Shown: in pieces, positions 54,791 to 64,000 of the stretch | Layout of the letters: each line of letters starts with the position of its first letter | Numbering within the stretch: the first letter of the stretch is position 1 | Source: the human T2T-CHM13v2.0 reference genome, Homo sapiens | Direction: 5' to 3' (one strand) | NCBI RefSeq assembly: GCF_009914755.1 | Contig: NC_060927.1 | Length of the DNA: 64,000 bases | The notes under the pieces: model-generated | Told to the model about the DNA's origin: nothing | The model's database searches: none | The model's input: only the letters and a program-made list of their open reading frames with translations | Program-made: the position numbers and the translations under genes

Positions 54791-55225
54791 TAAATACCTC
54801 AAGGAGTTTTTGAAAGGATATAATAGTGTATACAGCACTGTTAGCGTGACGCCTGGCTCATGATTAAGGCTTAGTGAATGGTATTATTACTACTATCACT
54901 ATTGTAAAGTCAAAATAGTAAATTGGGTATTAGTCCTAAAGGATTAAAGGGGGTTAACCAGTTTGCAAAATTCAAAAACTGAAAGAGTATCTACTCAGAC
55001 AGGGGTGATGAAAAGAGCACAGACTTGAAGTCACAGATGTAGGTTTGCCTTTTACTAGGTGGATAACACTGAGCAAGCTATTTGATTTCTCTCTTAATAG
55101 CATGAAGTGAATCCCCTATCTCATGAATTCTTGTGAAAACTAGATGAAATAATATGTGTGTAAATATGTATATATACACTTTATACAGATTAAATACACA
55201 TTTAATACACATTAAATATACACAA

Positions 55226-55301
55226 TAAAAATGGACAAAGGACTTGAATAGACATTTCTCTGAAGATGCAAAAATGGCCAACAGGTATATGAAAAGATGC
55301 T
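55226..55301 (+). mobile_element. 76-nt L1 fragment inside a complex AT-rich insertion
   Basis: Ungapped 68/76 match to 56658-56733. Confidence 0.85.
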
Positions 55302-56409
55302 CATATACCTGTATTATATATACATATATACACACATATTATTTGTGTATACACAAATATATACACACAAATAATATTGATGGGATACCAACTCTCTGTT
55401 GGGTATTATATTATCTGAATATATTATACTTAATTATCTTTCTCTTCAAAAGAATTTGACTATTAGGAACGATTTCCTCATGATACAAAATACATCTTCG
55501 GATTTTACCAGATTAATAGCAAGTTCAAGTTATAGTAGAAAAGAAACTGAGTTTAAGGGATTTCTGCCCTTCATAGTTTTCAACCATCATCTTTACATTG
55601 CTCATTTGACAGATTAAATGAGTGAATATGTCATACTTGTAGATAAAAAAACTTTTTCTTAAGTGAGCATTTATCATTTCTAGAAACTCCTTAAAATGAA
55701 GTTAAGACTTTGGTGAATTTTTGACATCTTTCTAATCGTTCATAACATTTGATACAGGTAAGATAAGAGTTAATAGCTCTGGAACCAAAAAAAGACAGGC
55801 AGGGAGAGAGAAACACTGGCAGGTGGTGTGATGAGTAAGTGATTTATAGTAGTAATGAATTGAAGCCCTTCCAAAAGATGTATTTATAAGAAGAGTGCTT
55901 TAAAATATCATCTCTATTGTTGAATTAGAAACAGTTTTTAAAATAAAATGGAAAAGAGAAATGGTTGTGAATCATTGATTTCCCCCACTTTGAAAGAGTG
56001 ACATTGCTAGGGACAACAGATGGCCTTCTTATCTCTGAATGCTGCTGTCTCCCAGTGCTGCTCAACAGGGACCCCTCTGACTATTTACCAGCCAATCAAT
56101 CTCACCTCAGGGACATTACCTGAAAAGAGCTTTACCTGCTCAATGCATACACCAATAGTCATAGCAGCAGCCTGGGCCTCCTTCTGAAGAGCGGAAAGGA
56201 GCCTAGAGCCTAACCAGGCTTCAGAAAAGGGACATACAGTCCATCTACTATTTTGTCTGAGTGTCTAATGTGTGCCAGGCACTGTGCCTGACAGTTATAA
56301 TCACATCATTACATGATGTTGCCCAAGATAGAACATGTTGTGTATCTTTATTCAAATTAATTAGCTGAAAGAACACTAAGTGATTTTAACTTAAAAGTAG
56401 GTCTATCTA

Positions 56410-57318
56410 ACTGGCCTTGGCAGTGATTTCCTGACTATCACACCAAAAGCTCAGGGTATATGAGCAAAAATAAACAAATGAGACAACATCAAACTAAAAT
56501 GCTTCTCCACAGCAAAGGAAACAATCAACAAAGTGAAAAGGTGACCAATAGATTGGGAAAAAGTGTTTGCAAATCATATATCTGAAAAGGGATTAATATC
56601 CAAAATTTATAAAGAATGCATATAGCAACTCAATAGCAAGAAAATATGTAACCTAATTAAAAATGGACAAAGGACTTAAACAGACATTTCTCCAAAGATG
56701 GGAAAATGGCCAGCAGGTATGTGAAAAGATGCTGTACATCGCTAATCATCAGGAAAGCATAAATCAAAGCCAAAGCCACTATACCCATTAGGATAGCTGT
56801 TATCAAAAAGACAAGAGATACATGTCGGTGAGAGTGTGGAGAAAAGGGAACCCTTGTACGCTGTTGGTGGGAATGTAGCTTATTGCAGCCCTTATGCAAA
56901 ATAATATGAATGTTCCTCAAAAATATTAAAAATAGAATTACCATATGACCCAGAAATCCCTCTTCTGGATATATATTCAAAGGAAATAAAATTATCACCT
57001 GTTAAAGATATTGAGCTCCCGTGTTCATTGCAACATTATTCACAATAGCCAAAATATGGAACCAATGCTGGTGCCCATCAATGAGCTGTGAGCAAATGGT
57101 TACAGAAACTGTTTATATAATATATAAACATATATATATAAATGTTTTATATATATATATATAATTCAGCCTTTAAAATGGAGAAGATTATACCATTTGC
57201 TACAACATGGATAGACATAAAAAACATAATGCTAAGTGAAATAAGCCAGACACACAAAAAAGGAAAATATTGCATGATCTCATTTATATGTGAAATCCAA
57301 AAAAAAGGTCAAATATAC
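56410..57318 (+). mobile_element. L1MA-type ORF2 3' / 3'UTR portion
   Basis: catcaaactaaaatgcttctccacagcaaaggaaacaatcaaca; gaattaccatatgacccag; gctaagtgaaataagccagacaca. Confidence 0.88.
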
Positions 57319-57519
57319 TTCTTCAATAAGCGGGCCACATATCAGTGCAACCTTGTCAGATAAGAGGGCTTATTCAGTTTTGTTTGAAAATAAAAACCAA
57401 AAACCATTTTTAATTTCTTAATGGATATAGTGATCCATGAAAATATTAGCTTATTCGTTTTGAGCTTACTAACTTACATCTGTCCTATGAAGATTTTACA
57501 TTAACTTAATAGCACCCAC

Positions 57520-57930
57520 TATGGCATATAAAACCCTTCATGATCTGATGACACCCATTTCTCCAGCCTAAATTCTTATGACCTCCCTCTTTCCTGCCTC
57601 TCCTTGAAAGCACACATGTGGACTTTCCCAGAAGCAACCATTTTGTTTTATCCACTTTTCATGTTCTTTCACACTCCTGCATACGTCATTTGTTCACTTC
57701 CATCCTATCTTCCCACAGTGTCCTGAAATTCTTCCCAGTACCTCCTGTAGGAAATTTTTCTTATCTATCTCCAACCAACTTTGGGATGCATATAATTTTA
57801 TGCAACCTGTTTATTATACTTATCTCACTATGTTATAATTGGATTATATACATGTCTCCCAACAGTGTAAGCCTGGCACAGATTCAGTGATCAATAATTA
57901 GTTGATGAATGAACAAGCAGATGAATAGAT
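57520..57930 (-). mobile_element. L2 relic
   Basis: aaacccttcatgatctg...; gcctggcacagattcagtgatcaataattagttgatgaatgaa (L2 3' end with TGAA repeats); strand and limits uncertain. Confidence 0.55.
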
Positions 57931-59494
57931 CAAAGGATGGATGATGAGTGGATTGTTAGGTGAATGAATAGGTGGATGAAAAATAGATGCATGTACAACT
58001 AGATGGATAGTTGGATGGGTGTAGGTAAGACAGAGTGGAAATCCCCTTACAGTATTACCAAGGAACAAGATGGGCTAAAAATAATAACCCAGATTACAAT
58101 ACAGTGTGATAAGAGCTCTGAGTAAGATTACTACAGATCTATATCAGGTGAGTTATTTGTGCAATCTTAGAGTTGTGGGATGATAGAGCCTGGAATTCAT
58201 CTTAGGTCTTCTAGTCCTAGCCTTTTATTTTACAGATACAGAAAATAAGGCCCAGAATTATGAAATCTCTTGAGGCCTTGGGTAGGTCATTTAGTCTTTA
58301 AAAGTTGTTTTAGCTCATGCTGATGTTTTTTTCTAAGCAAAGACAGAATGGGTAGGAAGAAATTGGCATATGTCATAAAACCAAATCATCATAATTCATG
58401 CCTCAACAGATTAGCTATTAATAAGATAAAGGTATAATGTTACTGTAATATGATTCAATTCTTCTCTAACATTGTAGTTTAATTAGAAAAAATAATTTTA
58501 TATGAAAGATGAATTTATTTTTTCATTTAGAAATATAAATTCAGTAACTACCATATACTAGGCTAGCAGATATAACTAGTTAGATATAGTAGCTGACCAA
58601 TATTTTTTTTCTTAAGGGGTATTTGTTTTTGTTAATGCTTTTGATTTACATACATATGATATTTTATTTATTCATCTTAGTTATTTCTTGCTGAAATTAT
58701 TCCTATAAGAAATGTTGCTTATTTATAAGCAACTCAGAGAAATCTAAATTGTATTTTAAAAGTAAATGTTTGGATATTGAAAGTGTTATACAAGTTATTT
58801 CTGAGGCAAAACATTTACTTTTGTGTATGTTTTTCCTACCTAAGTTACACAGTCAGTCTCTTTACAAGGAATCTATTTCCTTTTTTGTTCTGAAATTTTA
58901 ACAAGATTCTGCTATGAGGAGCAAAACACAGAATATATTAACATGCTCCAGGAAGTAAGCATTGACATTAAATTTTCTGTGAACTAATTTTTATCTTCTA
59001 TGGCCCTCTTTCAGCCTTATGAATTTTTCATTCTCAAAATTAATTTAAATAACTTAAGTAAATACTGTCCTTTGACAATGCTAGGCAAGCCAAATAATGT
59101 ATTAAGGAAACCAAAGCAACTGATATCCTCAGTCTCAGACACAAAGGCGACAATCCTCAGTATTTTTATGTCATCAGCCTTGTTTATACACTGTGGTATA
59201 TTTTAGGTTCACTTTTCTTTAGCCATCATAAATACTACCAGAATTCTTTCATTAAAACAGCTTTTTAGAAATTCCCACACTTTCCTATTCCTGGTAGCTA
59301 GTTTGTTCATTTTTGTTTTTACTTGTCATAATATGGAAACCAGCTAAATACCTTTTAATTTACGTAGAAGTTACTTTTATATGTTTATAAACATTAAAGC
59401 TCTGTAGGAAAGCTAAATCCTTTTATAATTTCTATAATTTACATAGTAATTTTAAATAGCCTAATATAATTATTGCATTAAGGCAGTATATCAT

Positions 59495-59794
59495 GGCCGG
59501 GTGCGGTGACTCACGCCTGTAATCCAGCTGTGGGAGGCTGAGGCGGGCTGATCACTTGGGGTGAGGAGTTCGAGACCAGACTGGCCAACATAGTGAAACC
59601 CCGTCCGTACTAAAAATACAAAAAATTTAGACAGGCATAATGGCTTGTGCCTGTAATCCCAGCTACTCGGGAGGCTGAGGCAGGAGAATCGCTTGAACCA
59701 GAGATGGAGGTTGCAGTGAGCCAAGATTGCGCCACTGCACTCCAGCCTGGGTGGCAGAGCGAGATTCTGTCTCAAAACAAACAAACAAACAAAA
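59495..59794 (+). mobile_element. AluS, full length
   Basis: TSD gcagtatatcat / gcagtctatcat; (AAAC)n tail. Confidence 0.96.
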
Positions 59795-59874
59795 ATCGCA
59801 GTCTATCATTTTATGTGTGGGGAATGCATCAATGAGTCAAATAAATAAAAATTACTATCTACATAGGCTCTACA

Positions 59875-60082
59875 CATGTGTGCAGAAAGGCAGATATAAA
59901 CCAAAATAATTAAGTTCATTTTATAGTATTTTCAATGGGATAAGTAGTATTAATATAAAGAAAAGGAAGTAAGGAGGCATGTGTGCAGAAAGGCAGATAT
60001 AAACCAAAATAATTAAGTTCATTTTATAGTATTTTCAATGGGATAAGTAGTATTAATATAAAGAAAAGGAAGTAAGGAGGCA
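59875..60082. repeat. Perfect 103-bp tandem duplication
   Basis: 59875-59977 is identical to 59978-60080, with 2-nt CA microhomology. Confidence 0.97.
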
Positions 60083-60930
60083 AGGGAGTAGAATAATGTT
60101 ATAATTTTAAACAACACAGTCAGATAAAGTCTCGTGGATGGGATGCCATTTAAACAAAGACCTGAAGGGGGCAATAGAAAGATATATTGGGATATATTGG
60201 AATGAACTTTTAAGGCAGCAGAATCAAAAAGTGCACTCTGTCTCTGTTCAGAGAATAGCAAGGAGGCCCATGTAGCTGGAGCTGAGTGGATGAAGGAAAG
60301 AGTTGTCAGAAATTAACTCAGACAAGTTTGGGGAAATCAGGTACTGGAGAAACCTTTAATTTAAATAAGATGGTAAGTAATTGGAGGATCTGAAGCAATG
60401 GAGGGGCATGATCTGACTTACATTTCAGCAGGGTGACTGACTGCTCCATCACGAAGGTGGTAAGGGTAGAAGCAGGGGAAAAAATGAGCAGAATATAACA
60501 TAAGCCTGGGTGCAAGAGATTAATGGGGAGTAGACTTGAGAGATTCTAGAGGTGGCAGTGAGAATTTGTTTCTGAATATATTTTAAAGTTAGAGCCAATA
60601 AAATTTGCTGATGTGTTAAATACATAAGGCAAAAGAGAAGTAGAGGAGTTAAGGAGAGTCCCCAAGGGTTTTATACTGAGCATCTGGAAGAGTTGCTACT
60701 AACCAAGACAGCAAGAGAAGCAGGTTTGGAAGAAGGAGCAGAAATTTGTTTTTGGACATGTTACATTTGAGATGCGTATTAGACATCCATGCAGAAATTT
60801 TAAGTAGATAGTTGTGTTTATATGTATAGGATCCCAGAATAGATAAGTTTGGAAGTCATGAGGATATATACATACATAGTAAGAAATGCCATGATAGTAC
60901 ACATAGAGGAGAACGACATCCAAGGACTGG
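59880..60930. mobile_element. L2 relic
   Basis: agcaaggaggcccatgtagctggagctgag; catgatctgacttacatt; ttttggacatgttacatttgagatg...agacatcca. Confidence 0.75.
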
Positions 60931-61076
60931 GTCTAGGATAGACACTCCACCAGAAGGAAAGAGAAAAAGCACAGTATCAAGTTTGACTTCGCAACAGTGC
61001 AATTATTTTATAATAACACCATTGTTTTAGAGTACAATTATACTGGCTCAATTAAACATCTCAAAAAGATTCTGTT

Positions 61077-61427
61077 GCTGTAGTTTGTTTTCATACCCCA
61101 TCATTTGTTGAAATTATGGCAAGAAACCTATTCCAACATCCAGGGCCTCAGGATGTGACTGTATTTGAGATAAGGGCTTTAAAGAGGTAACTAAGATAAA
61201 TTGAACTCATGAGATTGGGCCTCAAACCAGTAGGAATGGCACCCTTATCAGAAGAGATTAGGACACCAACACAGAGAAGAAAGACCACATGAAGAGATGA
61301 GAAAAAAACAGCCATCTGCAAGCCAAGGAGAGAGCTCTTAGAAGAAATAACCATGCTGACACCTTGATCTGGGACTTCGAGCCTCCAGGAGTGAGAAAAA
61401 TACATTTCTGTTGTACAAGCCACCCAA
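61077..61427 (+). mobile_element. MLT1A-like (MaLR) LTR
   Basis: gatgtgactgtatttgagataagggctttaaagaggta; gccatctgcaagccaaggagagag; gctgacaccttgatc. Confidence 0.85.
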
Positions 61428-61764
61428 TAAGTAGTAGTGGCCTGAGATTTTCTAGACTTCTTAAGGGGCTTACTTCCGGCTTCAAATTTCTATTATTATT
61501 ACTACTATTTGTAATATTAAGACAAATGTAGAGAATGAAATTAAGCCAACTGCTTAAGCGATTATGTGTTAGATATAATTGTTCCTTAATATTAACAATT
61601 TACATATACACTCACCAAAAATGAAAAAAAAATGGTCTCTACTTAGTATTCTGTGATAATAACTATTTATGTAGGAGGATATCTAGTTTCCTCTATCATC
61701 TGTTTCCAGTCAGGAATGGCTTTTCTAGTGACATATTTTATTTAGGCTCTGGTTCACTAGCTTC

Positions 61765-62466
61765 AAAAATATCCAATGCTTAGGATTAAATCTAACAAAA
61801 GATCAGCACGACCTCTACAAAATAATTGCCAAACATTTCTGAGCTAAAGATCTGAATAAATGCAGTAATAAACCATAGTTAGAAAGCCTCAATATTATAA
61901 ATATATTAATTTTTATAAACCATAGTTAGCCTCAATATTATAAATATATGAATTTTTCACAAATTGATCAAAATTATTTCAGTTGAATTTAGGTGGAAAT
62001 TGGATTCTAAAATTTATATATAACATACTCTTCAGTACCTAAAACAATAAAAACCAGACATCTTAAATGATCACATATCAAATATATAACACTGTAGTAG
62101 TTAAGATTAGTGGTGGTGTAAGGACAGGAAAGTAGCACAATAGAATAAAACAGAGACCCTAAAAAGATACTCACGCAGAAATAATCACCTGATTTATAAT
62201 CAATATGCCACCACTATGCAAAGGGGGAAGTTATTCTTTTCATGAATTGCTCCAGAAAAATTTAATTTCATTGGGGAGGAATATGAATCTTGATTCCTAC
62301 CCCACAGCATGGGGAAAAAAAGTCAATTCCAAGTAGATCGTAATCCTAAATGTGAGAAGATAGGAATAAAGCATCTAGAAGGTAACGTACTTCATGACCT
62401 TGGGGTAGGCCAAAGTTTTTTAAACAGGACCAAAAGAGGGAAAAAAAGATAAAGATGGACTTGAAT
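61765..62466 (+). mobile_element. Decayed L1M ORF2 segment (host of the next element; resumes at 63822-64000)
   Basis: ttaggattaaatctaacaaaag; aattccaagtagatcgtaatcctaaatgtgag; cttcatgaccttggggtaggc; after the insert, cttgtatccagaatatat. Confidence 0.7.
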
Positions 62467-62482
62467 ACAGCTAAGAATTTCT

Positions 62483-63805
<1,323 letters not shown>

Positions 63806-64000
63806 ACAGCTAAGAATTTCTAATAACCAAACGATTATTTAAGAATGTTAAAGTAAAGCCATAGTTACAAGATGGTTGCAATACATCTAGCTGATGAAAC
63901 GCTTGTATCCAGAATATATCAAAAAGCTCTAAAACTAAAAAGAATATCCAGTTAAACACAAAATGAAGAAAAGACTTGAACCAATAATTCACAAAAAAGG

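Noticed and set aside
56015-56105. E-box (CAGATG) plus GATA site as a TAL1/GATA1 composite
   Set aside because: The orientation is opposite to the canonical CTG-N6-8-WGATAR arrangement, and such motifs are common by chance.

Overview
Primate (most likely human or great-ape) nuclear genomic DNA: AT-rich, CpG-poor, with no CpG island and no protein-coding gene, RNA gene or processed pseudogene that I can recognise. Most of the window is interspersed repeat. It holds five L1PA elements over 1 kb: a full-length L1PA6/7-like copy (40865-48395) with a younger L1PA2/3-like copy nested in its 5'UTR, two 5'-inverted (twin-primed) copies, and one 5'-truncated copy. It also holds a long decayed L1MB-like element, many L1M/L2/MIR relics, 12 near-full-length Alus plus one very short Alu, MaLR/ERVL LTRs, a MER44-type DNA transposon relic and microsatellites. 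Every long ORF in the supplied track is an L1 ORF0/ORF1/ORF2 remnant, an Alu translation or a chance ORF. I found no evidence of a new gene system. The best leads are DNA-level: a twin-primed L1 whose target site shares 10 nt with the internal priming site, a perfect 22-bp-stem hairpin, a complex templated insertion with fold-backs, a perfect 103-bp tandem duplication in ancient L2 DNA, and a candidate 69-nt minus-strand exon next to an NF-kB/AP-1 motif cluster. Subfamily names come from remembered diagnostic motifs, not a RepeatMasker run, and boundaries of old elements are approximate.
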